A DNA stretch of 64,000 nucleotides from the human T2T-CHM13v2.0 reference genome, Homo sapiens (GCF_009914755.1 NC_060945.1); one strand, 5' to 3'; shown: positions 45,916 through 62,370, numbered from the stretch's first letter. Notes: generated by a model from the sequence alone, not told the origin. Numbers and translations are program-made.

Positions 45916-47948
45916 TTCATTTATTGAATTAATAAATGTATCCAACATTAGCATTTGGTTTTAACCATATAACCATTCCTTCCATCATTGAAAATTTAGT
46001 TTCCCGAATTGTTGTAGTAAAGGAGTGTGTTTATTTTATATATTGGTCCAGTTGTGCTTTTTTGGTCCACATATTAACTGGAAAACCTAAAAAAAATAGA
46101 ATTAAAGTGAGTCAGTACAAGTATGCAACAAATTATTAGTGAAGAGTGTAACAAAACTCAAGTCCGCAGCATCAGACTGAATGCAGATTAGGGAGGTGTT
46201 TGGCAAGCTTCCATATTACCATTCACACATGGGGTGGAGTCTAGTGTAGGATGTAATGTGCTTGTGGAAGATAAAACCTGTACTTTCTCAAGGCGTACTC
46301 TCTTTGGACGTCCCTTCTGCATTTGTTCTTGCATGCAGAACACACAGGTGAGGAAAGACGTGTTGTTGCCTCACAACCTGGGGCATCAAAATGCAGCCTA
46401 TGGGAATCCCGAAGTCAAGGAGGAACAGGAATATTCTACTTATTTCTGTCTTCATTGACTGTGCTGGAGAGTCATGATGAAAAAAAAAGACACAGCCTAA
46501 CGCAGAACAAAACAAAAATGGACACTGGGCTTTTGCAATGTAAACTGAGCAAATGCGGGCTATGTGAAATGGAAGAATTGAAAGCCCTGCAAAAGCAAAC
46601 TAATTTTAGCTATTAGACTTAGTTTCTGCATGTACTACAGATCATCAATGTCTGAAACTGCTGAAAGGTCTCTCTATGAGTACCTTTTTTCCCAGGGCAG
46701 AGCAAGACAAAGATTGTGTCCAACAGTACTTACAAGCTAGCTTTGAAAATCATGGGTGTGAGATTTGGTGAATAAAGTGGGTGGGTAAAGACAACTTTCC
46801 TTCAATTAGGACTCTGAACAGAGAGTGATTTCCCTCCAAGCACTCTTTGTTTGGGAAAGATTGCAAAGCTGTACTCCTAAATCATTATTGTGGCAGCCTT
46901 TACCTCTGCTGCCAGACTTGGCATAGATTCTGCTGGCTTCCAGTGTGTTGCTGCCAAGGCTGTTTCTATTCCTTTTATTATATGTTGGCTCATTGGAAAC
47001 TCTCCTGGAAATTGCCCAAATGCATATATACACCATGCCACAATGCTGCCAAGTTCTCTCCCTGGGTGTCTTTACCTCATTAAAGTATGCGCGACTGTGT
47101 TGCAAGCTGCAGTTCTAAAAACTCATTTTCAATCCACAGGGCTGATTTGTTTAATTAAACGATCAATATCGTCTCCTTAACTTTTTGGTTTCAGTAGTTC
47201 ACTGGAGTTTTATTTCTACTGCTGTAGTCTCTCTACATAGACACACGCTTAGAATTTCCTTGATAATGGTCTCCCAAAAATGTTGCAGTGGTAGACCACA
47301 AAATTAGATGACTTTGGTAAGCAAAGTCTAATTCTACTTACTAGAGTTTATGCATATCTCCACAAATATTTGTGTCTTATGTTTGACTTATTATAACACC
47401 GTGTTTTAAGGGAAGATGGTTTAATGTCTTTCTAATTTTCACAATACTTCCAAGGCCCCTGATTTTTAGAGACTCCATAAAGGGACTTCTACTTCTCAGT
47501 GGCCTGATAATTACATTGAGTTTATATGTTCACTTTGTTGAAGCCACTTATCCCACTGCAAGATTTCTGCAAGACCTCTTATTTGTTCTCTCTCTAAATG
47601 TGACCCACAACAATATCATCTAATCAGTTGGGAGGTGTATCCCAAACTCGTTGAACTATTAATAAGTTCCTTGTCTTTATGGTTGCCTTTACTTTAAAAT
47701 ATAAACTAAAACTGTTTAAAACTTATGTCTACAAAATCATTTCTCTCATAAAATTTTCCTGTGCTTTCTTCATTGTGATAAAAGGGATTTGAGTCGAAGT
47801 TGGAATGCAGGGAGAGCACTTAATTTTCTGTTTAGTTCCAAACTGACACACCTTACCCAAACATTTTATAAACTCATGGCCTTGGTCCTTAAATTCAGAT
47901 TAAAAACTCACTTCCAGTAAAGCATGTTCAAAATTAATCTCTCTATAA

Positions 47949-48294
<346 letters not shown>

Positions 48295-48939
48295 TGTGTT
48301 TGCTTCTTTACCATGGTCTGTTTTTATTATTAGGTTTTACAAGAATATTATATTTTTCTTGATCCAATTTTTGAATTATTTGGAATGTGTGTTTTAGAAT
48401 GTTTATCACATATGTGAAAATAAACTTGTGGGTGTTATATATCCACGAAAAGTTAAAATGAAAACATTTTTAAAAATAAATAAAATTGTGGGTAAAAAGC
48501 AAAGTAAAAAAAACATGAAATCTGATTCAAGTCTTAAAATATATGTATTGAAAAAAACTCAAGTGATCTATAACTCCTTATTTCTGAGTTGAAACTAAGA
48601 AAATGTAAAAATAAAAAAAATAAAATATTTGATTAATCTATTGACTTTGAGTGTCTTTCTACTCCTCCCTCTCTTTCTTGATTTATATACTTGATTTATA
48701 TACTACAATTTCCAAAGTCTTGAAATACCTTGTAAATTTCAAGATGCTATGAGAGAGGGTACTCAGAGATAATGAAGGAAAAGTGTAATTTGAAGAACCT
48801 GAACTAATAGGTGGTTTTTAGTACCTAAGTTAAAGAAATAATAATATTTGCATTAGGACAAACTAAGTACTTAACAAGTATCAACTGCATAATAAATTGA
48901 TAAATTAATTATAATTAATTTAAAATTCAAAATAAACAC

Positions 48940-49021
48940 ATTAGTAAATTAATTTAATTAATTGGTTACTTTGTAAATTAATTGGTTAATAAATTAGTAA
49001 ATTAATTTAATTAATTGGTTA
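48940..49021. repeat. AT-rich direct repeat (attagtaaattaatttaattaattggtta x2)
   Basis: Seen directly. Confidence 0.8.
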
Positions 49022-49081
49022 ATTAATTTGATTTCCAAGGTATAAGTATACTAGATTGTATTTTAAAATGCACCCAAGATT

Positions 49082-49590
49082 TGTATTCATCAGGTCTAGT
49101 AAAACATGCAGACACAGAAATGACTGGCACGAAGGAAGAAGTTTATATGCACAGAACTCTAGAAGCAGGAGTCAGTGCACACATGCAGGGCCATAGGCAG
49201 AAACACCAGGTCAGCCAGGAGGCAGAGGGAGCAAGCAGAAAATGTGAGTCAGAGCTTTAATGAGCAAGGCAGGATAAACAACTTAGAACTGGCAAGTGTG
49301 AACAATTTCAGTGTACGCTAGATTGTAGGGGTTTCCTGAGTTGTCTAGTACCTGGCAATGGAGTGATTAGGGCAGGGAAATATTGGCCTGGAGCGTAAGA
49401 GCTTCAAGGCAGTGAGTGAGCTCTGGATTGGTTAATTTGCCTAAGAAAGATTCACTCCTGGTGAGTTGTTTGCTATCTCTAGGATTTAGCTAATTCTGGG
49501 GGAACAGTCTCCTCCGGTGTCAGGAAGCCCACAAATTGTAAAGGTATCAAAATAAAAAGACATGCTCAACAGGTTAGATAATTTGTTGTC
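49082..49590 (-). mobile_element. ERVL-class LTR (MER76-like, family uncertain)
   Basis: gaaggaagaagttta...caggaggcagagggagc...tagtacctggc...gtgattagggcagg resembles a recalled consensus. Confidence 0.55.
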
Positions 49591-50807
49591 TATTATTTTT
49601 GTTTGCTCAATTTCTCTGTTTTGGGGTGAGAGGATCTCCAGTCCGTTTAGTGTAGTTCTGGGAAGGCTTTTCAACAAGCAGCCCTATCATGCCTGCCATT
49701 CATGGTTCCCCAACCAGACGATTCAAGTCTATTCATATCCAACTGCGTTAAACACTGTTCCCTTCATTTGGACTTCTCAAGCATAAGGCAACAAAAAGCT
49801 TTTATTTTTTTTCTTCTTAAGAAATTTTCAGTTGTGTTTATCAACTTGCAACCCAAATAATTGTAATGAAATAGTTTAAATTTTCTATACTAGAAACTAT
49901 AACCAATACCGAGGATAAACACTAACCACCAACCCTGACCTCAATTAATGTCAAGCGTTCATGAACGGCTTCCGCCAGTTCTACATAGGGTAGACAAATT
50001 TAATTCCTCCTTGTGGGATACAGAATGTAATCTGTAATATTATAATTGGGATTTAAAATAAAATAATTTTGATTTCCAAACTTGAACCTGTCGATTAACT
50101 TGTGTTCATCTATTTTCTTTTCAAATTTAAAAAAAGGCCTGTGTAAGTGTATGTAAATGAAGGGTGAAAAAAGTAAGTTAAGGTACTAACGAAAATAGTA
50201 TAAACTAGTGAACAAAAAATAATACTAAGTGGATTCTGGCCTCTTCTAGTGCAATATTTAAAATAATCAATAACTGGAAAAACTAGTGCTGGCTTTGGAG
50301 ATCAATACTGTAGGAAGGGGATAGACAGCAGTATAAGGGAAGCTTAGGAAATTCTTCATCATACTCTCTTTTGTACTTATTCATTCCTAGAATACCAAGA
50401 AATGTTATAATGTATGCCTCATTTTCCCAGCTTTCATTTAAGGACTTGTAACTCCCAGTAGTCTGAAGATAATAAAAGAGCCTTTAGCCTTTAACTAAAA
50501 ATACTTTCCCTATATATTTCCCACCTCATCTACTTCACCCTTATAGACTTCTGTTCAAAAACATTTCCAGAGTTCTAAAAACATTGTTCTTGCATTCCAT
50601 TTTAATTTCCCTAGATGTGACACGTTTTAAGTTATTCATATTTAAATTAGGGGACAATTGCAGATAGTGCAAGTTTCTCACCCTTATTTAGGACTGCTGA
50701 AATGTTAAGGAGCCATGTTTTAATGTTGTAGCTTTTTACTGAAGTGCTCCATCCTACTCTCATCATGTAGCAGCGGGTCACCTTGTCAATCAGGAGGGCT
50801 GTGTTGA

Positions 50808-51101
<294 letters not shown>

Positions 51102-51203
51102 TGAAATGATGAGATTCCTGAGCCTGTTCTAAACATGCAGTGCCCCTACTTCTCCATATATCTGTTCACAGTTATCTGTCATAGAGATCCTTTGATACTA
51201 GGG

Positions 51204-51727
51204 CAGGAGTCCCCAACGTTTTTGGTGCCAGGGACAGGTTTCGTGGAAGACCATTTTTTCACTGACTGGGAGCGGGGAGAGGGGGTGGTTTCAGGATGAT
51301 TCCAGCACATTATATTTATTGTGCACTTTATTTCTATTATTATTACATTGTAATATATAATAAAATAATTGTACAACTCACCATAAGGTAGAGTCCGTGG
51401 GAGCCCTGAGGTGGTTTTCCTGCAACTAGATGGTCCCATCTGGGGCTGATGGGAGACAGTGACAGATCATTAAGCATTAGATTCTCACAAGTAGCACACA
51501 ACCTAGATCCCTCGCATGCACGGTTCACAGCAGATTTGTGCTCCCGTGATAATCTAATGCTGCTGATGATCTGACAGGAGGTGGAGATCAGGCAGTAATG
51601 GGAGTGATGGGAGTGGCTCTAAACACAGATGAAGCTTCACTTGCTCACCTGCTGCTCACCTCCTGCTACGTGGCCCGGTTCCTAACAGACTGGTAGTGGT
51701 CCATGGCCCAGGGGTTGGGGACCCCTG
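51204..51727 (+). mobile_element. MER1A (hAT-Charlie) DNA transposon
   Basis: Terminal inverted repeats caggagtccccaac / gttggggacccctg; 8-bp TSD tactaggg/ttctagga. Confidence 0.9.
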
Positions 51728-51789
51728 TTCTAGGACATTAGTTTAGCCCTGCTCTTTCCAAAGATTTAATATATGAATACTTCTAGATC

Positions 51790-52083
51790 TTTTTGTTTTC
51801 TTCTAGAGACAGGGTCTCTATCACCCAGGCTTGAATGCAGTGGTGTGATCACAGCCCACTTCAGCCTCAACCTCCTAGTCTCAAGTGATCCTCCTGCCTC
51901 AGCCTCCCATGTTGCTGAGACTACAAGTAAACACCACCGTACATGGCTAATTTTTTAAATTTTTGTGTAGACGGAGTCTTGCTCTCTTGCCCAGGCTGGT
52001 CTTGAACTAGTGATCTCAAGAGATCCTCCTGCCTTGGCCTCCCAAATTGCAGTATTACAGGCATGAGCCACAACACCCTGCCT
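51790..52083 (-). mobile_element. AluJ
   Basis: gagacagggtctc...gatcacagcccacttcagcctcaacctcc. Confidence 0.9.
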
Positions 52084-52139
52084 CTTAAAATGTTTATGAC
52101 ATATTTTAAACAAAAGATAATAAAAAATATATTGCAAAC

Positions 52140-53384
<1,245 letters not shown>

Positions 53385-53750
53385 TTAAAAAATACTACAA
53401 AATTTAAACAATAATCTATTGAACACACACACTCACCTTCAAGTTTAGTAAGTTAAAATTAAAATCACAATTATAGCTTTCTGTGTACTCCTCCCACTCT
53501 GCTCACTTTCCTTCACCACCAAGGGAAAACATTCTTTAACTTCTTAGTCATTATTCAGATGTGTATGTGCACTTTTACCTCTGGCTATGCTCATATGCAA
53601 CTTATAGTGCTGTTTACCTATTTTGAAAATTCCCACACAGAGTATCACAATAATGATGAGGGTTGTTTATGATATGTAATGATGCTAATTTATGTAATAA
53701 TATTGTATACATTTTCATTTTCATTATTCTAAATATTCCATTTAAATTGA

Positions 53751-54071
<321 letters not shown>

Positions 54072-54303
54072 TAACCACCTATTTTTTTTTCATAAATAGA
54101 TATTGGTTTTGTCCTAACTTAAACTTTTACAATTACTAAAAATTACAATATAGCAATAAACCTGCTGTAGAACAATATGCATTCTTGAACATAAACCTAA
54201 TGTAAAATAGCTTTTGCCATAAGAAATAAGCTATTTAGCTTTGTTACATAATGCTCAATCGCTCTCTAATGTTGATGTACAATTTTCAGTACTACTTATA
54301 GTA

Positions 54304-54380
54304 TTAGGTTGGTGCAAAAGTAATGCAGTTTTGCCATTACTTTTAATGACAAAAACCGCAATTACTTTTGCATCACCTAA
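54304..54380. mobile_element. Full-length MADE1 mariner MITE (palindromic)
   Basis: ttaggttggtgcaaaagtaat...attacttttgcatcacctaa flanked by TA. Confidence 0.93.
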
Positions 54381-54477
54381 TAGTATATAAATGTCTCCAC
54401 TGCTCCACATACTTACCAAGGTAGTCAAATCTGGTAAAGAATTTTATTTTTCCATTTTCCTCATTAACAGTGAAATG

Positions 54478-54630
54478 ACTCAGGCATAGTGGTGCATACC
54501 TGTAGTCCCAGCTACTCTGGAGACTGAGACTGGATGATCACTTGAGCCCCCAGGTTTGAGGCTGCAGTGAGCTATGATCACACCAGTGTACTCCACCCTG
54601 GGCAACAGAGCAAGACCCTGTCTCAAATAA
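54478..54630 (+). mobile_element. FRAM/AluJ right monomer
   Basis: gatcacttgagccc...gaggctgcagtgagctatgatcacacc. Confidence 0.85.
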
Positions 54631-55764
54631 TAATATTAATAATGATGAAATGAGTGTGAGTTGTTATGTTTATTGGTCATTTAGGCTTCTTTGCTTGTGA
54701 ATGTTTAATTCATATACTTTGCTAATATTTCCATACTGTTTATCTTTTCCTTATTGCTTCATAGTGGCCTTACTATGGCCATTAATTATGGATATCTATA
54801 TTTATTACATATAGTCCCACCTAAACTTGTCTCTGCACTGATTTTATGGGGACTTTGCATTAGTAGGAGCATTTACACAATTCTTTATGAGTTGAAATTT
54901 TTAAAATATCATGTAAGAAATTATTCTCTATTCTAAGACCACAAGAATATTTTCCTCTAAAATTTCTCCAAAGGTTTTAAAGTTTTGTCTTTTGTATGTA
55001 TGGAAATTATTTTTATATATGGTCGGACTTCAGGGATCATTTTGTTTTGTTTTGTTTTAGTACAGGTAGCCTATTGTTCGTTATCATTGATTGAATGGTT
55101 CCTTTTTACCTCATTGTTTTCTAACATCACTTTTCTCATACATGCAATGATCTTTCCCAGACTGTCTATTCTTTGAGTCTATTTGTCTATTCTGGCAATA
55201 ACATTACCGTTCTCTTTGTATATTCGCATAACTTCATGATGAGTTAAGCTACCTGGGTAGCCTCCACCTTTTTTAGCTTCTTAAACATTGACTTAATTAT
55301 TCTGAGGCTTCTTTGCTTTTGAATTACTCTCAGGCCTCCTTACTTCTACATACATTTTAGAATCGGCTTGCTAAGTGCCTTAAAAAATTCTGATGGAATT
55401 ATAATTGAATGTATGAATATACATTAAATTAAATGTATGGATTAATTGAGGGAACATTGACATCATTATGACATTGATTCCTTCAAAAGTTTATGAACGT
55501 GGAATAACTTTTCCAGTAAATGTTTGATTTATGCTGTTACTTTGTATTTTGTTTCTATATTAAATAGTATATTTTTCTTAGAACTAATTTTTTTTATTTA
55601 GTACTAGTTTATAGCCTAGTTTATAGTGATCCTGTATTCAACAATTTTATTAATTCTCGTTCTAATTGGCAAGTAGAAGAATCTCAGAATTTATTTTTGG
55701 TGGGGGATGAGGTAAACAAATCTATAAATTTTAAATACTAGTGTATTTACAAACCATGTAGCAA

Positions 55765-56190
55765 AGATAGCTTTTGCTTCTTAACAAGCCAGCCATCTGG
55801 GTTGTGCAGTTCTGATTTTGGCAGGGCTCCTCATGTATACAAGTGCCTCCAGCAGCCAGCCAGCAAGCCACGTCCTCTTCAGAGGGATCGGCTGGGAACA
55901 TGGTCCACTGGCCTCTCATATCTTTCATTGTCCCCCATCTAGCTCAGGGTAGCTCTGCATGGTTTCCAGAGAAAAGAGGTGTGTGTTGTCTCTTAATGTC
56001 TAGGCTCAGAACTGGAAAAGCATCGTGTATGCCACATAATTCTGGCCAAATAAGGCAAAAGTTCAGTTCAAATTCAAGAAAGAAAAATTGGCTATACCTC
56101 CCCTTGGAAGTAGATACAAAATCACTTTGGCAAAGGAACAGGGATTACAGGTAAAGGGACCTTTTTACAATCACATAATCACACCTTTGT
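55765..56190 (-). mobile_element. Old MLT1 (I/J/K-like) LTR fragment
   Basis: ctaggctcagaactgg...gccacataattctggccaaa...cagttcaaattcaag. Confidence 0.55.
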
Positions 56191-56371
56191 TTCTTGGTCT
56201 CGCATATCATTTTTGTTGGCTTTCTCGTTAGTTTTTACAAAGTAAGATAATACTTTATTCCTTATTCTTTTGGATCAAGATTTTTGTGATGCTTGTTAGA
56301 AATTATTTGTAGTAGAGGAGCTGATGGATTAATAGACAAGAGCTTTGACTGTGGTATAAATCATCACATGA

Positions 56372-56728
<357 letters not shown>

Positions 56729-57739
56729 TGCATTACTTAAATAGACTTTTATGCACATTTTGTGTGTATATTATAAATTTTCCATGCTCCTATACTTCCT
56801 GTTTTTATTCTTCACGTATACTTCTCTAAAGCTACCTTAGTTATGTGCCGTGTTGCACGTGACTGCTTCACCTTTCATTGATCAATTTTGTGTTGGCTGT
56901 TTACATTTTCTTTTTAGTACAGTAGCTTCATATTTTTTCTGTCTCCTTTTACCCCCAGCTCTTACTATCTCTTTGATAGAAAGAAGGAGTTAAATAATTT
57001 ATTAAATCTCTTTTTTTTAACTACTTTGGTCTACAGATCCTCCTTTATGTCAGTCAATCAATCTGTCAACAGTATATTTTAGATTCCGCTGTCATAGAAG
57101 TTAAAAATATAGAATCAAACAAATGATATGATTTCTGCTCCCTTAAAGTTTACACTCCAATAAGTAAACATAATTGTACTATGTGGAAGAGAGTCACCCA
57201 TCTTCCAAGCTTGAGAGTCTGTTTAGTATTTTCTATGCATATGCAATCTGAGAATGGCCATGAACAGGTTGCTTTATCATAGCACATGGATCTTTTAGGA
57301 GGCATTGGGGCTCCAGTTCTCAAATTTGCTATTCTTTTTTCCTCATACCATTAAACAAATCTGAGCTACATGAGAAAAAGTGATTTATCATTTTAAAAAG
57401 TCATCTGCATTACTTTTACTTTTAGATCAATTTTAATGCTTATATTGAATCCAAATTTGTCCACCACTTTTGTAAAGTTAGATTTCTTCGATGGCGATAA
57501 TTTATATAAGTGAGTGATCAGACCATAAGAGAGAGAAGAATGAAGAGTCTGAACTGAGAAGTTCATCCATATTCTTACCCTTCACTTTGGAAAGAATGAG
57601 TCTGCACAGCTCAGCAGGTAGTGACTCCTCTCATGCGTTGGCATCACATATAAGCATACATGGGAGTAGACATATAAACTGTATGGCCCCCAGCAAGATG
57701 CACCACCACCAAGAGTTCAATTGTCTAAATTGTATTAGC

Positions 57740-57901
57740 TTAGCTTGGTGTGGTGGCATGTTCCTGTAATCCAAGCCACTCAGGAGGCTGAGGCAGGAGG
57801 ATCACTTGAGCCAAGGAGTTTGAGGTCGCAATGAGCTGTGATCGCACCCTTGTACTCCAGCCTGGGCAACAGAGCAAGAGTTTGTCTCTAAAATAAATAA
57901 A
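57740..57901 (+). mobile_element. FRAM/AluJ right monomer
   Basis: ggaggatcacttgagccaaggagtttgaggtcgcaatgagctgtgatcgcacc. Confidence 0.85.
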
Positions 57902-58297
57902 TCTGATTAGTCTGGGAGTTCCTTGAGAGCCAGAGTGCTTGATTCTCTTTCAGCTCCAATGTCCCATCCTAGTGCAGTTCCTGGAAGATATTCAGTAATA
58001 GCTGGCAAGAGAATATGAGAACAAATTATATGTGTATTGACGTAATTTTAAAAAACTGCTTTCTCCTTCAAGCTTGTTTTGGTTCATAGATACTTTGAAA
58101 ATGTTATTAATAGCATGATCCCTGGACATCACAGATATAAGGGCTTGCATTCACCAGCCTAATTCCAAATCTATTTTCTGAGTAACATTTTGAAATAGGG
58201 CGAAGCAGGACAACGCTTATTGCAAACCTCTTGGTCCCCTTCAAGGGGACTAACATTGAGGGAAAATGTTGTGGAAAAGTCAGCTGATTTTGAACAA

Positions 58298-58864
58298 TGT
58301 ATTAGTCAGGGTTCTCCAGAGACACAGAACCAATAGGATGTGTGTATATATAAAAGAGAGTTAATTAGGGAGAACTGGCTCACACAATTACAAGGTGAAG
58401 TCCCATGATAGGCCGTCTGCAAGGTGGGGAAAGAGATAAGCTGGTAGTAGCTCAGCCCAAAGCCTCAAAACCAGGGAGGATGACAGTGTAGCCTTTAGTC
58501 TGTGGCCAAAAGGCCCAAGGGCCCCCAGGAAGCTGCTGGTGCAAGTCCCAGAGTCCAAACGCTGTGGAACTTGGAGTGTGGTGTCCAAGGGCAGGAGAAG
58601 TGGAAGCAAGTGTCCAGCAGGGGAAGAAGAAAGAGAGTCAGAGCAGGAGCAAGAAAGAGGGAGTGCGAGAGGAGGTGCCACACACTTTTAAATGACCAGA
58701 TCTCTTGAGAACTCACTCACTCTCAGGTGAACAGCACCAATAGGATGATACTAAACCATTCATGCCCTCATAATCCAGACACCTCCCATCAGGCCCCATC
58801 TTTGACATTGGGGATTACAACTCAACACGAGATTTGGGCAGAGGCAAATATACAAACTAGATCA
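58298..58864 (-). mobile_element. Hybrid LTR: MLT2A-like part (58298 to about 58632) joined to MSTA/B-like part (about 58638-58864)
   Basis: First part resembles the MLT2 at 45034; second part is the reverse complement of the MST LTR 5' half at 36327-36530; flanks aacaa/aacat. Confidence 0.8.
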
Positions 58865-59066
58865 AACATTTTTAATGAGCCAGATGTTTGTCACTGACGT
58901 CTTCTCAACGTCATCTCTGAGCACTATATGATGGTTTCTTATACACCCTGGAGAATGAGTCTTCCCTCTCCCCTCAAAATGCAGAGATTGGTCAAATAAC
59001 CATATTAGTATTGAATCTACTTAGTCAAAAGCAGGATGGGCCCTTCTGCAGCAAAGGGAAGGCACA

Positions 59067-59127
59067 TCTGTTTAATATGTAGGATATGGTGAATGTCTGT
59101 TTAATATGTAGGGTATGGTGAATGTCT
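59067..59127. repeat. 29-bp tandem duplication
   Basis: tctgtttaatatgtagg(a/g)tatggtgaatg x2, one mismatch. Confidence 0.93.
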
Positions 59128-61644
59128 CATTCTTGAATCCTGAAGTAGGTTTGACTGCAGATGTCCAGAAGTTGATTGAAGCTCTGCTCCAAAGGGGGGA
59201 GAAAAGGTTTTGTATGATTGAGACAGTTTCTGTAATAAGACTACCTGCTACAAAATACTTTTAGCACTGATATTATTAAAATGAATTAAATGGGAAGTCA
59301 TATTAAATAGTTTGATGAGGGTTGAAGTTCCAAATTTCTGAAAATGATGCTTTTACTCACTCATACTCACCTTCTTCAGAGACTTTGCTGCTGTTAGTGA
59401 CCTAGTAAGATATGCTCTCACCTCTGGTAGGTGGAGAAACGCCTGTGTAGGTGGCAGGATTAAAAGATTTATTATCACTTTTTCACCTTCTTCCTGTTAA
59501 TCTAGTTCTTCTTAGGCCCTTCTCCTGATGGTCTCACTTTTGGCTATGTTTCAACATCCAAGAACTGTTGATGTTTTATTGTCACTTTCTTTAGAAATGT
59601 GGAAATGTGTCCTGAAATGAGAACTTTATTACACTTGATATGGAAGTTACAATGTTGCTTACACCTTTAATGTGTAAAGCTCTGAATTCTTGTTCTTGTT
59701 TTGTTTTTTGCTAGATTATCTTTCACAGACTGGATTATAATCTGTGGCTTTTCTAACACAAATAAGGCCTGCTCATATATCAAGATATTTCCTAATTGTT
59801 TCTGTAAATACATCAGCAATCATTTAATTGACACCTAGTAATGGTCATTTCAAATGAATGTTAATTTATTATGTCATCTTTCTCAAAATGTTCAAATCAA
59901 TACTATAATCAATATTTTATTGACCAAATGTGCCATATTAGTGAACAAATCCAGAAGTCTAGATCTGATTATTATAGTTACTTTCTTAGAATACAATTCA
60001 GACTTTGATACAAAAGCTATAGCCCTTGAACAAATCACATTTCTTAGTTTTGTTAAAGACACTGGTTGTTACCATCGATTAAAAATATTATTTTATTAAG
60101 ATTTTCTCTGAAAGCAATGAATAAGATACACTAGCTATCATGAAGTTTACAATCTAGTGTGAAGTATTAGAAAAGGACTAGTGAGATCCAGGCAAGGACA
60201 GAGTAAGAGAGAAGATATAAACATCAGAAAAATAATAAACATGAAATTTTCAAAGCATGGTGAAATTGACATCAATGTCTTTGACGGAGAAAAGTAGACT
60301 TTTAAGTTTTTCTTCATTAGTTCTCTAATATTCCACTCATGTTTAGGGCACCAGTTATTGGATTCTTGCATCTTATGCAGTGAAACTGTCTTTTAAAATT
60401 AATACTGTAGCTCTATAGTTTACTAGCTATTCATTGTGTGTATAAGTAGTGCAGGAGAAATGAATGTAGAATGAAGCTAGGCTAGTTTTTCCTCTTACCC
60501 GTTTAATAAACAAATGTTGGGGAAAATATGGTCAAATATGAAAACTGTAGTGAATGAAAGATATTGAACCCAGGAACATGATATGCAAAAAATATGTAAG
60601 AATAGGGTTTCATAGAAAATATTTTACCCATTTCCATTCTCCTATCTGAAACATAGTAAGTATGTATTAGGAAATTTAGCCTTTCATTAAAAGCTTATGT
60701 TGGAATTTTGTTCAACTTAGCCAAGCATGTCTAATTAGCATTCCCGAAAGTTGATTGGTGCGGTGTAGTAGTTAGAGTTGCCTGCTGCAGAGTCTATCTC
60801 TAACTGTCTCAGACAGCTTCAATCCTGGCTATTCCATACATATGCTGACTAAGTGTTTGGGATTCAACTCTAGAAATTTATCAACTTTTTATTTTGTAGA
60901 TTTCAGGTAGAAATACAGGTCAATAGTTTAAGATGTTAGTTGGCACTTTTATATTTTAAGGCCAATGAATATATAGTTCTTTTAATGTCCTCCAATTTAC
61001 TTCCAATTTATTTTTACTTATACATTCCAGAGCCATATAAAAAATATCCTAACCTTTTACTCTTTTTTTTAAAGTATTATTTGTTTGATATTGCCCAGAT
61101 GGCAAAGAGTTTTAAGCAATTTTTCACATGTTTTTGCCTACATTTTCAAATGATGTGTCAAAATGACAGAAATTTTGATGGCACTTTATTGTACTGTGAT
61201 ATATTACACTTAATGTTTCTATTTTCACTTAAAATTAATGATGCACATTGAAGCCCACACATTCTCTTTTAGCTAATTCATAATTTCATTCAATTTGGGG
61301 TTTTTAATTAATAAGTCTTTTTTACTTAAGCTTATTTCTTCACTTTTTAAATGATTTTATTTACGATTTGAGAAATGATGACTTCGGACCTGATATATTT
61401 ATTTGGGTCAATGTCATTGGTATTTTCTATTAAAAAAGCATATTTTAATAGGCAATGTTTTCATATTTACTATTTGTGACTATAATTTAAATTTCAAATT
61501 CTTATCAAAATATTCTAGTTTGTGATAATCTCATCAATATGTAGCATGATTAATTTGCTACGTATATTCATTTCTGCATTTTATTATGGGTTTTTTGGTT
61601 ACATATTTCTTTAGTCACCTCCAAATATTTAATATTATGCTTAC

Positions 61645-62008
61645 CTAAATTTTTAAATCAGCTTTGTTCAGCCATAATTTTAGAATAAAATGTACCAATT
61701 TTTGGTATAAAATTCAACATATGTATGGTCAGTAATACTAGCAAAATAGCTTCGTCACCCCCAAAATTGTACTACTTAGCTCTTTCCTGTCAATTAGCTT
61801 TCCCTACCTCCCTGAAACTGGCAAACTCTATTCTTTCTAAAATAATAGTTTTGCCTTGTAAAAAATATTTTTACATAAACAAAACCATATAGTTTGCAGC
61901 CATTTGTGTTTCACTTCTTTCACTTCCTATAATGCTTTTGAAATTTAACCATGTTGATATTTATATTTGTTCATCTCTTTTTATCACTGGTAACATTCCA
62001 TTGAATGG
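61645..62008 (-). mobile_element. L1MC/ME 3' fragment
   Basis: ttttaaatcagcttt...ctggcaaactcta...cttctttcacttcctataatgcttttgaaatttaaccatgttg. Confidence 0.6.
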
Positions 62009-62364
62009 TAGCTTAGCCCGTTTGGGCTGCTATAAAAAAAATACTCTAAACTGGCTTGCTTATAAACAAGAGAAGTTTATTTCTCACTGTTCTAGGGCTG
62101 GAAATCCAAGATCAAGGTGTCTGCAGATTGGTGTCTACTAAGGGCTCACTTCCTAAACAGCTGCTTTTTCACTATAACCTCACATGGTTGAAGATGTAAG
62201 GATCTCCCTAGACCCTGTTTTACAAGGGCACTAATCCCATTCACAAGAGCTCTGCCTAAACACCTAGTAACCTCCCGATGGATCAGTTTCCTAATACCAT
62301 CACCTTGGGAGTGAGGATTTCAACATATGAATCTTAGGGACACATGAACATTAAGATAATAGCA
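62009..62364 (-). mobile_element. MLT1A/MSTD-like MaLR LTR
   Basis: gtttgggctgctata...tttatttctcactgttctagggctggaaatccaagatcaaggtg...tttcaacatatgaat. Confidence 0.82.
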
Positions 62365-62370
62365 GGTTAG

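Noticed and set aside
49956-49967. 12-bp palindrome cgttcatgaacg
   Set aside because: Palindromes of this length are expected by chance in 64 kb.
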